A stretch of 64,000 bases of DNA from Eledone cirrhosa (Eukaryota): positions 217,558,001 through 217,622,000 of the forward strand of contig OZ024743.1 of the NCBI GenBank assembly GCA_964016885.1, in the 5' to 3' direction. Under the pieces are notes generated by a model that made no database searches, was not told the origin of the DNA, and saw only the letters and a program-made list of their open reading frames with translations. A program made the translations under genes and the position numbers. Positions 14,790 to 29,085 of this stretch are shown in pieces. Position 1 is the stretch's first letter, and the number at the start of each line of letters is the position of its first letter.

Positions 14790-15251
14790 CAACCCTCTCT
14801 CGCGCGCGTGTATGTTGAAACACTATGCATTTCTAAAATATTTTCACCAAACTTAAGACATAGGTTACTTATGTACTCCGGATGGTCATGGGCACTTTCA
14901 TTTTTCTAGCCAGTTATTGATTATAGTGTCACTCGGCATATAACCCCCTTCAACCGCTTCCTTGGAGTCGACTGAAGCACTTTAGTGCAATGCAACGAAT
15001 CGTCATAACTGCTGGTGTTCGCAACCGATTTTTACAAACCTTGACACATGGGCTACGTTTGTTCTACAGATGAATGTGAACTCTCAGAATTGGCACATAT
15101 TGAGTAGGGGACCCCTGAGGCTAGGAACCCCCTTTTGGAAAATACCGATGATTTTGTAAAAGTATAGTTTTCGAAGCAGCACTGAAGTATTGACATAAAT
15201 CGTATACATTACTGCTATTTAATACCCGAGCAACGCCGGGTACCTCTGCTA

Positions 15252-15252
<1 letters not shown>
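14790..15252 (+). mobile_element. non-autonomous Helitron (5' end uncertain)
   Basis: 3' end ACCCGAGCAACGCCGGGT hairpin then CTGCTAG|T. Confidence 0.6.
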
Positions 15253-15341
<89 letters not shown>

Positions 15342-15814
15342 AGAGAGAGAGAGATAGAGAGGAAGAAAGAAAGAGAGAGATGGATGGATGCATTGACCCG
15401 TAACTTCTGGTAATGACGTAGGGACAACATAATGGCATAAGGCGTTTACTGAGCATTCTGTAAACCTGGTGAAACCCATCCCCTCTTCAAGCCTAAAGCA
15501 GCCGACTTCAGAATAAGAAAGGAAGAGACTGATAGACAATGCGCAGAAGGTTGGAACGAATCCCGCAAGGTATTCTAATCGACATTGTAACATATGTGTT
15601 CTCAGACTAAACTAAAACTCCTGATTATTTATCATCCTATATATTTGATTATATGTATATATCTGATATACGGGAATGGATGTAATGTTTTTTCTTTACA
15701 GAAACTTGAAAATATTATGAAATGTAGAGTAGCTGAGATACTAGATTCTAGCCATTAGAAGAAAAGGGAGAAAATGCATGTGGGGTGGCGTAAAAGGATA
15801 GATAGTTAGATAGA

Positions 15815-15856
<42 letters not shown>

Positions 15857-15897
15857 GGGAGAGAGAGAGAGAGAGAGAGAGAGCGAAAGAGAGATAG

Positions 15898-16302
15898 CAC
15901 ACCTGTCAACCAAACGGGGACTACCATAAAAAGCATTTCTCCAAAACGAGGAGAAATGAGACAAAATGGGCAGATTTTATATAATGGTTTCTTGTATAGG
16001 CACAAGGCCAGCAATTTTGGGGAAAGTCGATTAAATCGAACCCGGTGCATGACTAGTACTTTATTTTAACGACCCCGTAAGGATGAATGGCAAAATTAAC
16101 CTCGACGGGATTTGAACTCAAATCATAAAGGGCCGTAACTCCATGCTGCAAAGCATAGCGTCCGACCCTCTACCGATACAGCCAATCCACCGCCCTTTTA
16201 CATTACGAAAGCTATACCCATTTTCACAAGATAAAATAACTCTCACCCACCCCAGAGTCGGTGGGAGATCTCGCCGTCGGTCGGGGAGAGTTGACATGGC
16301 TG
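15898..16302. mobile_element. possible hAT-like MITE interrupted by a SINE
   Basis: imperfect terminal inverted repeats CACACCTGTCAAC / GTTGACATGGCTG; exact TSD not resolvable in GA/GATA flanks. Confidence 0.4.
15985..16194 (-). mobile_element. SINE family 1
   Basis: full reverse-complement copy ending GCCAATCCACCGCC. Confidence 0.85.
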
Positions 16303-16337
16303 AGATAGATAGATTGATAGATATATAGATAGATAGA
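16303..16337. repeat. (GATA)n-like array at 3' end of LINE A
   Basis: AGATAGATAGATTGATAGATATATAGATAGATAGA. Confidence 0.9.
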
Positions 16338-16570
16338 TTTCTTTATTTGCCACAAGTGCGCACAAGAAAAGGGGACAATACAAAGACATGCCGGGGATTT
16401 TACATACAGTCGTGTAAAAAATATAAAAAGAAACAATTACAACAATCGAAATCCCCAATAGGGGGAAGCGCCACACATGAGTTGTTTAATACCCCGTCGA
16501 TAGAACAACCCTCAACTCCAGGAGCGTGTTGTGCAAGTGCTACTTTCTTCCTTTGGCTCTCTTCTTTAAC

Positions 16571-19500
16571 CTACAGGCTTATAAACATAGAAGGCCCAAT
16601 CGTACGGGCCATTTTCGCTTCATTCACTCACCTTTCAGTAAATTTACTGGGGTGCAGTGCCTCTCTCTCTACTCTGATTCTCCTTCTAAAGTGATACTTA
16701 AAGAAGGGAATCACTTGTTGTCCGGAGAGAAAGGCATCTGACCTCAGTCCTCTCAATCTCGTCCACCATATAACTTCTTCCACCATAGCCACTGTACAGA
16801 GGAAAACCGCCTCTCTTTCGTTTTTGAAAGAGGCTGGCGGTTTGATCCTTACTATGGACTCGGCAGTCTACTTGATTTGTCCCATACGCGACAGCAGTTG
16901 TTCAGCATAGTTCCACTGGTCGGTTACGCCCGGGAAGTGTACAATTGCGTGCAGGACTGTTTCAATGTCCTGCGCGCATCTTGGACGCCTCCTCTTGGAA
17001 GGATCCCTGTCGGGGCCTCCATGCCTGTAGATCATGCCACGAACAGGTAGAGCTCCTCGGTAGCACTGCCAGGCCAGGGACCTCTGGAAGTTGCCCATAG
17101 GTTCTGGGCGGAAAGTCCTACCAAACAGACTGGTGAGATCATTGTCTTCGACGCCCAGAGTCTCTCCGAGCACGTCGTTGCCCTTGTAACGTACAATCCC
17201 TCTATAGAATGTCGAAGTGGCGTCTCCACTGATTGCTGCGCCCGATTGCAAGAGGACTGTGAGCGCCTGAGCGCATTCAATGTGCCAGGCGCCCATCGCT
17301 TTCGGTCTTTTCTTGACCCAGGACTGCAGCTCCGTCAGCGAGACGAGCTGTGGCAAAGCCTGTCTCACAAACGGTGCCCACACCGAGTGGGGGTCGGTGA
17401 GGAATACCATGAGATGCCGCAGCCTCAGCGCATGTTTGCGCATCATCAGCCGCGGCATTCCCAGCCCTCCGTTGGAAGGGTGCTACACCAGACGGATCTC
17501 CTCACCAGCGGAGCCTGCTTCTTCCACAGAAACTGGAAGAGCATGCCTTCCATCTTGGCGAGATTTACACGGGGACAAGGCACGACAGTCAAGCGTTAGT
17601 AGATGACGGACGCTATGAAAGTGTTCGCCACCTCCGCTCGACCTTTCAAGGACAGTTTCACTCTGCCCACTTCTGGGTGAGCGCAACCACCTTGGCCGTG
17701 ACCTCGTTCCAGTTTTTCTCCACCTGGAGGTCTGGACCGAACCAGACCCCGAGCAATTTCACCGGTCCGTCCCTCCAGCGTCAACGATGCTATCGGATGT
17801 CATCGGTTTGCCTCTCCACGTACCGAGTTGAAAACCGACAGACTTGTCCGGGTTTAGTTTTGCTCTCGTCAGCGTTTCGTATTCTTTAAGTGAGTTACTG
17901 ATCACATCGATTTCCGAGGTGCTCGACACCATTACCGTCACGTCGTCGGCATAAGCCGACGCTGCTTTGCGCAGTCCCGGTTCTAGAAGGATGCCCTGCA
18001 ACAGCTCCAATTTCCGCAGTAATGGCTCTAGAGTCAATACATACAGAATGGAGGAGAAAGGGCACCCCTGTCGAATGGAACGGGTGATTGCGAACGTCTC
18101 CGATAGGTAGCTGTTCACCTTGAAACCTCGAGCAGATGCTGGTGTGCATCGCCTCGATCCATCCTCTGAAAACGGGAGCGAAGCCGGCCGCCTTGAGAAC
18201 CGCTTCCAAGTATCGATGGTCGACCCTATCGAATGCCTTAGACTGATCCAAATTTATCAGAGCCCCACCGAAGACGGGTTTACTACCCACCCTCTCTATG
18301 ATGTATCGCATGAGGTGGAGGTTGTCGTGTATGGACCTGATCGGGATTGCACACGTTTGCGCTTTCCCTACCATGTTCTCGACGACAAGCGCCAACCTCG
18401 TCGCTAGCACCTTGGCCAAAATCTTTAACATCTGTGTTGAGCAGAGTTATGGGCCTGAAGTTGTTAATCTCGTCCCCTTGTTCTCGCCTTTCCTGATCAG
18501 CGTTACTAGGCTCTTGTCTGCAGAACTGGGAATTCTCCCGTTCTTCTGCCAATTGCAGTAGACGGCTTCGAGGACGCCAGAGAACAAGTCCGGCATGCCT
18601 ATGTAAAACTCATAGGGTAGACCATCTAGACCGGGTGACTTGCGTTTCCCGCAGCATCCCAGAGCGTCCCGTATCTCAGTGTCCGTGATCGGTCTTTCGC
18701 AGAACTCGGCGTCCGTGTTCGAGAGACGCGGCAGGCCGTGGAGGTATGAACTAAAGTCCATTGCCCCGTTGGGCTCACCGTCGTTCTGCTCAAACAGTCG
18801 CGCAAAGTGCTGCTGAAAGGCCGCGCACATTTGCTTGGGGTCAAGTAGCACGCATCCGTTTTGGTCTTTCAAAGACCGAATCGTGGACTTGTTGCCAATT
18901 TTCGCCACCGTCACTCGGGCCCAGCTGACAGCTTTCGCTCCTTCGTTTCCTAGAGCACGTGTTTTGGTTCTGACTACGCAGCCTTCGTGTTTCGCATCGA
19001 AGAACTGCTCCAGTGCCGTTCTCGACGCTAACACTCTAGCCGCGTTGTCACTTCTCAGTGCCTCCTCTACCTTAGCTACTAGTTCTCTTTCTATTTTGTT
19101 TTTCTATAAGGTTAACTCTCTGCTAAACCCTATCGATTCTATTCTAATTGCTTTCTTGAGAGAGTACCACCAACTATTTTTGACGATTACTCCCGTTAAC
19201 TGTTGCTTGACTAGTCTACTTATCCGTTCACTGTAAGCTTTACGTGCCGGCAACGACACGTTCAGCTTCCAGTATCCGGGTCCTTGCCTATGTGTTCTAT
19301 CACGTTTGACTAAGCAGACGACTAATTTGTGATCTGAATAGGCAACCATATGCATTTGTGGACAGCTTAACATCTCCTTGTCCATTTCTCTAATGAAGAA
19401 CCTATCTAAATACGATCTAGATAACCCGCTGCGGTTTGCCCACCTCCACTGTGGTGCAGTCGAGAAATCCAGCCGATACCTATCGGCCAGTTGGAATTGG

Positions 19501-20014
19501 CCGATTAAAGTTTTGAGGCTGTTGCACCCCCTCTACTGGGACATGCTCCCACATAGTCCCATCGTGCATCTAGGATACCATTCCAGTCCCCCACTAAAAG
19601 TAAGGAGCGAGACGTTCCCAGAAAAGACTCTAGACGCTTAAAGAAGTCTGGCCGTGATTGCGATTGCCCGGTCGGGGCATAAACGGCGACCAGTCTGAAG
19701 GCTCCACCTCCAATACTGTTCACGTCTAGGACTACCAGTCTACCCTCCGGGTGCAAGTGTACTTTCTGTACTTCGACGTCCAAGTTCTTCCGAAACATGA
19801 CAGCCACTCCCCCTCCACATCCTGGTTGACAGAGAGATGCGTAGATCTCAAAGTCGTCGAAGATGGGGGTTAGTTGCTGCCTGTTGTGGATCCTGGACTC
19901 GGTGATGGCTATCACATCCATACCGTGTGAGCTAAGGTCGTTTAAAAGTTAGCCCTTTTTCCAGGGCATCCCTAGGCTACGCACATTCACGCTTCCAACT
20001 CGTAAACTAGCCAT
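16571..20014 (-). pseudogene. LINE A ORF2 (APE endonuclease, reverse transcriptase, C-terminal zinc finger)
   Basis: DVIAITES, VYAP, GDWN, YLDR, SDHK; KSPGLDGLPYEFY, FRPITLLN, DQSKAFDRVDH, IRQGCP, YADD; ETVLHAIVH; several frameshifts. Confidence 0.92.
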
Positions 20015-20055
20015 GTTGGTGAAGAAGATTTGGAGAAAGAGGACGAAAGGTGCAC

Positions 20056-21937
20056 TTACCTTTTCTTTTCCTGGAGATCGGGTTGTTCAATCTCCATTTG
20101 GGTGCTGGATGGGGTGTTGGGTGGGGTGGGGAAACATTTTAATAGGACGCGGTTGATGGGTTTCTGGCAGGGGTTGCCCACGTCCTGTGAAAATTTATTT
20201 TTCAGGTCATTATAGGTTTCCATAGAAACCCTTATAAGTTTAAGGTGTGGAGAAGATTCTGCCTTGACGAAAGTTTTGCCATCTGTCCCCACCTTGGGGT
20301 TTGAGAGATGAACTCCATCTAACTCTTGTTGTTTGTGTTGATGTATGCGTATTGTTGTTTGTGTTTTTGTTGTGTTGTTTTAGTTTGTTGTTCGTCCGTT
20401 TATGGTGGGTGCTTGTGTTTTGGGTGGTGTTGGTGTTGGTTTTGCTGGTACGGGAATGTTTGACTGTGGTGTTGTTTGTGTTGTTGTTTGTGTCTGTGGT
20501 TTTGTGTTGGTGTTGGTGATTGGAGTTTTGGGGGTTTTGTGGTGTCTCTTTTTTGTTTTTTAGATTTCTGCGGCTCTCCCTCTTCTTCACTTAAAGAAGG
20601 AGAAGCAGCTTCATCCATCGATGAATAACAATCGTCAGGAGAGTGGGGTAGGGGTGTGTTGTGTGGTGGTTGTGTTTCGGTGTGTGTGTTTGTGGTAGTG
20701 TTTGATGGCGTGGGATGGGGTGGGGCTGAGTTCTTCAGGGGTGTTGTCTCTGTTTTTTCTGTTGTTGTTGGTTGAGTGGCTGTTTGTTTTGGTGTGGTTG
20801 CTCGTTTCGTCTGTCGTTGTACTTGTGGTGGTGGTGGTTGTTTTGGTGTTGGTGTTGGTAATAGTGTTTTTTTAATAATGTTGTTGTGGTGTGTTTGTTA
20901 GGACAGGAGGCTTTTAGGTGTGCTGTGCTACCACAGTGAAAGCAATGAAATGTTCGTCCTTCTACCAAAATGTTTATTTTGTTGTTGTCGGCGATGACGA
21001 CTCTTTCGGGTATTTTGGAGATTTTCTCCGGCCTCATTTGCAACGGAATCTCCAAATCCGTACCCGCCCACCTTCGTCGAATAGACCTTCGTATCGAAAG
21101 AATCATATCAGTTTCTGGATCTACGAAGCCAGCCAAGATCCACCAGATGTTAATGTTTGGTGGTATATTTTTATTGTCCTTTTTCCCATGTATGTAGGGA
21201 AACAGGTGAATGCTTTTGACACTATTGGTGTCACAGAATGTTTTTGGGCGAGTGCCTCGCTTTTAAAGAGTACGAAAACACATCCTTGCTGTTTTCCTCG
21301 TTGGAGAAAGTCGATATTTGCTAGAATTTCCTTGAAAGTAGCTTCTATATCAGTTTGACTAAATAATATCGGCTTTCTCGTGGTATTGGATCCAGTCCTA
21401 AAGATCACTGTCCTACGAACTGTGTCTTCTTTTATTTCAAGGGGTGAGTTAATTCTAAACCCACCCTTCTCTTCGAAAGTTACAAATGTTCTCCCTTGCT
21501 GGAGAATATCTCTTGGATTGGAGATGTCAAGATTTATAAAATCTTGTTTTTTGTTCACTGTTTCAGCGAAAGACATTTTTTTTGTGTGGTGTTGCTGTTA
21601 TTGTTGTTGTTGATATCGTTGTTAGCCTCGGTGTTGGAAATCTGAGTTCCTAGACGAGGTGAAACTTTATGTGTAGATGTATCTGTGGAGTTGTTGATGT
21701 TGACATTTTTTTATGTGTATGTATGTTAATGGGTTTAATTCCTGAGTTTTCATTTCTCTCCGCTTCGACGGTAGAAATTTTACAATCTTCAAGTAGCAAC
21801 ATTTTTTCCCTTTGTTGACAGTCGTATCTATGGCGACGTCCATAGTAGCAGAAGCAGATATAACGTTAAAATCTGCCTCTTTCTCTCTCTCTCTTTTCTC
21901 TGTCGACGTTCTCCAGCGTTCTTTCCGTGTTATTCAT
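20056..21937 (-). pseudogene. LINE A ORF1 (zinc knuckle, T/N/Q-rich linkers)
   Basis: fragments 21121-21576, 20735-21136 (CFHCGSTAHLKASC), 20056-20292; homologous to ORF1 of B and C. Confidence 0.85.
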
Positions 21938-22117
21938 GTTTTATAGTTGGCAAAATTTGATATTTTAAAACAATTTAAAATGGGATTACCACCCAGCTGA
22001 CAATTCAGCTTGGGGGTTAATCTACAAAATAATATGTTTTTTCAAACAAAATAATATGTTTTTTCGTATATAAATTTACAAAAAACCTTACCGGTGATGT
22101 TCCACGCGTCAGGCAGA

Positions 22118-22221
<104 letters not shown>

Positions 22222-23519
22222 TTCTCATACCCAAACAGAAGGAAAAGTCTCAATCCACCATTATCAGACTATCCTTGCAATTTGAACACCGAAACTCTCT
22301 TTTAATGTGACCGTATACTGAGAAGCAAGCCAAACAGTGAACCAATATAACTTGACCTTAAATAAGTGTTGAAGCATGTCGCCTCCCCGATGAGGGGGTT
22401 ACGACCACTGAACAGGAACAGTGTGACATCAACTGATATTTTCCTGGCTCCTCCTTCCAACACCGATGGTTCAAGGTGTAGAGGGAAGTCAGCAGTGTTC
22501 GAGCTATGCTTAATTCCCCTGATAAGCCTTGCGAGAAGGAAATCGTAAATGATAGGCTCTCGGTTTTGACTTAACATGTTATGTGTGTGTGTGTGTGTTT
22601 ATGTGTAAAACGTAAACGGAATATATTCATATACATATATTCTTCATGAGTACGCATGTACACACATGTAACGATTTAAAATCAAGACATTCCTTTCGCA
22701 TTAATAAGTTTTCAATCGGCTGATCATTTTAATTTTCCTCGTTCCTACTTGGCGTACTTTAGTTCACTCGTGTTTCTCTTTATCGTAGAAGACATAATGA
22801 AAATTGAAGCTCTTAACTGTTCAATCATTATTACAAAAGCGAACGCCGCACTGGTTATATTTAACAATAGAAATCCCCCGAAGCTATTCATTCTCCATTC
22901 CTTATAAGAGTTGTATGGACATTTTATCATTTTCGTGGTGTCGGAAAAGTTCCCTAAATAATAACTATCATGATTTACATCATAAACCACTTTCAGTCCT
23001 GGCTATTTCTGCTCTTGGCAAAATTTTGATTAGACTGGATGTCATAAAATCTTTATTTCGTTATGTTGAATCCATCCGCCTTATTCATTAAATATTCTCA
23101 CTTGCAACAAACCAACAGCATGCACCGTTCTGTTCAAATTTGTGTAGACGAATTCCCTCAAAGAATTCTTTTTATGTTAGCATCGACTTGATTTTTCATG
23201 AATAATATTAAAGTAGATTTCTTATTAAACACTGTTTGAATAGCAGGATCGGTAGAATCTCAGTTTAAATACAACCTTGTGGTATTTACTTAGGCTTAGT
23301 ATGTCTTGAATTTCGATTCCTACCTAAGTCGACTTTAAATGTCCTTCTTCCGGAGACGTTGGCGTAAATAATAGCCAAGTTGATTTAATAGATTACTTCA
23401 TTTATCCTCTTAAAGGTATGAATGTGTATATCAAATTTTAATATCTATCTTACCAAAATACTTCAAATGCCAAAATACTTCAGTGCTATATTCGTCATTC
23501 ATTGCTATTAGTTTTATGG

Positions 23520-23676
23520 ACGCAGATATGGCGGAGTGGTTAAGAAGTTCAATTTCCGTTTATCCTCACCAGCGGTAGATCCCACTGCATCTTGAGGTAG
23601 TATTTTTACTATAGCCTCAGGTTAACTCTACCATCGTCTCAACTTTAGTAGACGGGCACTCAGTTGAAACCCGTCA
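23520..23676 (+). mobile_element. degenerate tRNA-derived SINE, second family
   Basis: TGGCGGAGTGGTTAAG A box, CCCACTGC, TACTATAGCCTC.GG, GTAGACGG...AA.CCCGTC; resembles an abundant octopus SINE as recalled. Confidence 0.55.
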
Positions 23677-26398
23677 CATATTGTGTCGCGAATATTCTGT
23701 TTGGATATTAACTCAATGGTATACGTATCTATACAATATTTAGCTACTTACACGTTACCGTTACGAATCAGACTTTCATTTGATTAAACATCCGATTGCT
23801 CATTGTCAAAAGCTTTAGAAGATCCGTCATATACTGTAATAGAGATAGATTTATTAAAGACAATCGATTGACAGAAGCGGTTGCACGTCGAAAAAAAAAC
23901 GGGTTTTCGTATTTATTTGAAACCTTTTACTGTTCGATATCGAATCCCAGTAAGGTTACCTTTATTCTTGAATCTGTAAAATACATTTCAGTCATGTACT
24001 AGACTGTACCCATTTCCCAAATATGAAGACTAATTTCCTATGCTAAATTTCATCATATGTAGGTATTGAAACATTACTGCAGGATGTTACTAGAAATATC
24101 GATGTAGAAATTGGATATTGTTTTAAGGGATTTCATGATTACGAAATGGTTTAGTTAAATGTCTTAGATTATTTGAAGTTTTATTACAAGCATACATTTT
24201 TTCGTTAGGTATTAATCAGTTTAATTTTATTTTCATTTCTTCATAATATATTATTTATAAAGAATAATTGTCTTCTACCTTCTAATAAATTATTGATGGG
24301 GTCTTATGGTTTTTATTGTTGCAATGTGGGGACCTGACAAGAAGTTTATGAAGGAAGAGATACTGTTGCTTCACTTAAATTTAGTGTGAGTTTTGCACTG
24401 TACTTTAGAGTGATATATCAGTTGAATATATTTCACACTTGGTAGATTTTAATGTGTTTTTATGCATATATCTATTTTGAGAATAATTTCAAGCCTTTTC
24501 TCGAGAGGAATTGCGTATCCAAAAATTTGATTTTACTTTTCTATTCGACATTGATCGTAAATATATCTTTTCATTAGTTTTAGTCACTGGGTTGTGATAA
24601 TTCTGAGCCACTGCTATTTCTTAAATATCTTTTCATATAAATGAATTTAATATATATGTATTATTCATGTATATATTATTCATGTATATATTATTCATGT
24701 ATATAATTTATATATATATATTATTATATATATTAATATATATATTATTATATTATTCATGTATATTATTCATGTATATAATTAATAAGAGTTTCAAGTA
24801 TGTAATGAAATTTACTCACACGAAACCGGGAATTCTGGGCCGATTCCTTTAAAATTTGTACAATTGAGGCTACAGACAATGGAATGAAACTTCACTTGAA
24901 CACGGCTGCAGAATCCTATGGGAATATTGAATAGTGTGGTAATTAGCTATTGCTTTAAACTTTTCTATTTGCCCAGGGATATTAATGAGCCTTTTAAATC
25001 CAATATGAATATAAGTAAAATTTTATCTGTTAAATATACCAGCTATTTCAATGTTGTAAAACAACAAATAATGGTACGTATGTAACTTAATTGTGGATGA
25101 GTGGATTTGTAAATAAGTATCTTTAATCTAGTGTTGATTCATTGATCAAAATAATTTTACTCTACTTTATGTGTAGTCATGGTTGAATTTCCATTGCTTT
25201 CTATAGAATGGTATTTTTATCATTTGCTCTAGCAGCATTGGATTAGCATCCGTGTTTAAGTTTTAATTTAGAGGCTTTACTTTGTGGAATCATTTGAGAA
25301 TAAACATCAAAATTTCACGAAAGGTCAATTTTATTAAAAGCTTCCAACTGTAATCTGCTTCTTTGCAGAATACCTTACTGAAATATAAAGTGTTCATAGC
25401 ATTAGTTCAAATAATTAATGTTACACGAATAACGCGTTAACATTCACACATTAAAACTACATAGCGTATACCAAGATTTTACAACTATTTCATAAATTAA
25501 AAATATTCCAAAAGCAACATGTTATTCTTTTACTCTTAATTGAATGATTACTTCAGTGTGTCCAAAGCAAGCTTCGAAATACAAGTCGTCCATATTACAT
25601 GAGGCGATAGCTAATAAATACAAAGCTTGATAAATAATTGTATCTACTATTGGCACAAGGGAGTGAATAATCTCTTTGCTTTCTGATTCTGTATAAACTT
25701 GCTTTTCATCATTCCGTGCTGGTTAAAATATTCACTAACCAAACCCCGAGAGGAATTTAAACGACTATGAATTCCAATGAAATTGATATTAGAAAATATA
25801 TGAATCAACATTCGAAACAATTGAATAGGATATACACATTAAAATATATATTAGGTATGTATTTATTACTTTCTTTCAGAGAACATCAACCAAAATATAA
25901 TTATTTGTATTTTGAATATATTTACATTCAACCAATTACTCTTTAGAAAGACTTACTCTACCCCACCCCACCCATACATACTTCCAAGAATACCGTTATA
26001 TGAAAGTAGTAGGTCAGCCAAGAAATGGTGATTTTAAATATACTTAACACAAATGTACACACATACATACACACAATATATATATATATATATATTTATA
26101 TAGGCTTAAAAATAAGAATAAGAATAAGAAGAAACAAGAACGGGATGGGGGAAATTTTACTCATCAGTTGGCTACTGGGCGTCTCGGATATTTCAACGCT
26201 TTAAAGACAATATATCTACCCCCAGAGCGTTCAATAACTGGGTAAGTTATTGGGAAAACGGAGGAGGGAGGGAAAGAAAATAGAAGGGAAAAAAGAAAAA
26301 AAGGAGAAAAGAGAAAAACAGCGAAAAAAAAACGAAAAAACAACACACAGAGAATGTGCGAGCAAAGCCAATCTTAAATAGCAACTACACAGCCAGCC

Positions 26399-26577
<179 letters not shown>

Positions 26578-27005
26578 TTATGTGTGTGTGTGTACACTGA
26601 TATTTTCCATCACATTCACTAAAAAATTAAGCGACTCTGCCCGCCCGACCGACCGCTCGACCGCATTTACAACTTTAGTTACATCTTTCAGTTAACAAAT
26701 CCTTTGCCATCTTTATAATTGGCCTTGTTGTCATGATCGTTACAGTTTCCCTTCAACCCTTTATCCCTATTGTATATCACATGCGGAGCCACATATAAAC
26801 ACTTTGTAACCATGGTTGTTCATATTTCTCCTACTGTAGTCAATCTGAAGAATTTCAAACTGAATATTAACCACATCTTTGTCACAGATTTGTAATATTC
26901 TACACAGTTTAAAGTCATTTATTGTCTGTGGCATTTTGTTAATCTAGAGAAAGTATTATTATATTTAGAATTTATCGCCTCTGAAAAAAATATACTTAAC
27001 ATTAA

Positions 27006-27197
27006 TATGAGGGTCGGCTGAAATGTTCACAGGCTGACCAAGATACTCTCATGGATACCAAATGAGGTTTATTTTGCTACATAATCCATGCTGCTATTAA
27101 TAGGGTTGAAGGGTTGAAATTAATGAATGCAAGATTTCACATCCCTAGCATCAAAAATTCAATAGTCAGCGCATGAACTTTTCCGCAGACTCCTGCA
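27006..27197. mobile_element. mariner-derived MITE
   Basis: imperfect TIRs GAGGGTCGGCTGAAATGTTCACAGGCTGAC / GTCAGCGCATGAACTTTTCCGCAGACTCCT; same TIR at 6540. Confidence 0.6.
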
Positions 27198-27654
27198 GTG
27201 AACGAATATATTAGATTTCATATGTTAATGGAAAATATGTAGGGAATACTCTCAGTGACAGTTGATATTATACATATGTATGTGGTAAGATCTATGTTAT
27301 TAAATAGACATTTCGGAAAATATAATTAGTGAAGTAAACTATACAGAATAGTATTAGATACCAAAGTTTTGTTATTGACTGCCTGCATATTTTAGTTGAA
27401 AGAACACACATAACTGTTTGTGTGTGGGCTTATCTAATGTTACAATGCTGAACAAAGGATAGAGAGAACTCTTCAGTTTGGTTAAGAACATAACTTCCCA
27501 AGTCCTGGAGCCACGTTAAAATACAACCACTGTTCGCTGTAAAGTGCTGGAATCTACGTAGTTTCTGAGAGGTCAGTAGCTTCTATTATGTTATGACTTC
27601 GTCTGTGTCAACATTTCTACCCCATGCCAACATGGTAAATTGGGCGTTAAATGA

Positions 27655-27848
27655 TAATAATTGTTTCTACTTTTGGCACAAGGCAAGGAATTACGCCAGT
27701 GCGATACTGGTACTTTATTTTATAAACCCCGTAAGGATGAAAGTCAAAGTTAACCTCGGCAGTATTTTAACTCAGATCGTAAAGGGCCGTAACACTATGC
27801 TGCCAAGCATGGCGTCTGACCCTCTACCGATACTGCCAATCCACCACC
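27655..27848 (-). mobile_element. SINE family 1 (dimer unit)
   Basis: complete reverse-complement copy with (ATT)n tail. Confidence 0.85.
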
Positions 27849-27857
27849 CTTACATGA

Positions 27858-27960
27858 TAATAATTGTTTCTACTTTTGGCCAGCAATTACCTAGCACATT
27901 ACTGGTACTTTATTTTATTGACCACGCAAGGATGAAAGGCAAAGTTAACCTCGGCGGGAC
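27858..27960 (-). mobile_element. partial SINE family 1 (dimer unit)
   Basis: 3' half, reverse complement. Confidence 0.75.
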
Positions 27961-28714
27961 GATGAATTTGGTGTAGTGGGAGTTTTTAAAAATTGCATAT
28001 AGGACAGTGACTAGTAACATCGATATACCAGTGGCAAAAGTGACTTGCTGTATGTAATTATGAACATTTACATATTATGCTTAAACCTAACCAAGATCAC
28101 ATTTGCTTTTTGTGCTTTGGTTTCGATAAAATAACTGTTGAGTAAAAAGTCAGATAGGTTGATTATAGACTTCTTCCCCATACCAGATGTGTTGTGTATA
28201 TATTCAACAAAGTCGGAAAACAATGAGAAGCAAATACGAATCAGTCAAGTACTAAAGCTGATTTGATCGTGACCAGAATGCTGGATGCACATGCAACAAC
28301 TTTTCAAACTGATCGACTGAAGGGTCTCTACTACGTTCGGTTGGCCGGGATCGAGCCTAATGACGGTGTTTTTTCTAAAAGGTGGATCTCAAGATAATGA
28401 GGAATATTCTTGACTATTGTGTGACACACCGAGATGAAGTTTCCACACTTTAATCACTGGATGCAAGTGGAAGGGCAGAACCTTTCGATTGCATGTAATC
28501 ATTTTCGGGAACAAGCATTCATTAGTTATTAGATGGTAGAGAACTTCTATCTTAAAAACTATATATGGCGAAATGTGATTCGACCATTTATTTAACATGA
28601 AACAGAAACAAAGTCTGCGTTTTCTGAGCACGTGATTTTAAACTTGCCATAGAAAAAGCGTTTTCGTGACACCGACTGGCAAAGGCATAGCTAAAAACCA
28701 CAGTTAAATTTTCA

Positions 28715-28875
28715 ACGGACAATGCTTTGACGCATAGAGTTACGGCCCTTTCCATTCTGAGTTCAAATCCCGCCGAGGTTAACTTTGCTTTTCATCCCTA
28801 CGAAGTCGATAAAATAAAGCACTAGTAATGCACTGGGTAATTGCTGGCCTTGTGCCAAAAGTAGAAACAATTATC
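28715..28875 (+). mobile_element. SINE family 1, 5'-truncated (dimer unit 1)
   Basis: B box, core, tail AGAAACAATTATCATTAGTATAATT. Confidence 0.8.
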
Positions 28876-28889
28876 ATTAGTATAATTAA

Positions 28890-29085
28890 TGGCGGTGGAT
28901 TGGCAGTATTGGTTGGGTGTCGGAACCGTGCTTTGTAGCATAGAGTTACGACCCTTTACGTTCTGAGCTCAAATCCGTCGAGCTAAACTTTGCCTTTCAT
29001 CCTTATGGTGTCGATAAAATAAAGTGCCAGTTAAAATAACGCACTGGCTAATTGCTGGCCTTGTACCAAAATTAGAAACAATTAT
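28890..29085 (+). mobile_element. SINE family 1 (dimer unit 2)
   Basis: full head GGCGGTGGATTGGCAG; same downstream AATTATCATTAGTATAATT as unit 1. Confidence 0.85.

Larger units (their letters stand above)
16338..22112 (-). mobile_element. full-length L1/Tx1-clade LINE, copy A (decayed)
   Basis: ORF1 with CCHC knuckle, ORF2 APE-RT-zinc finger, 3' AATAAAG directly before the (ATCT)n tract; 5' end GACGCGTGGAAC homologous to the 5' ends of B and C. Confidence 0.92.

Noticed and set aside
22745-23100. Overlapping 81-95 aa ORFs
   Set aside because: No recognisable domain or splice support.
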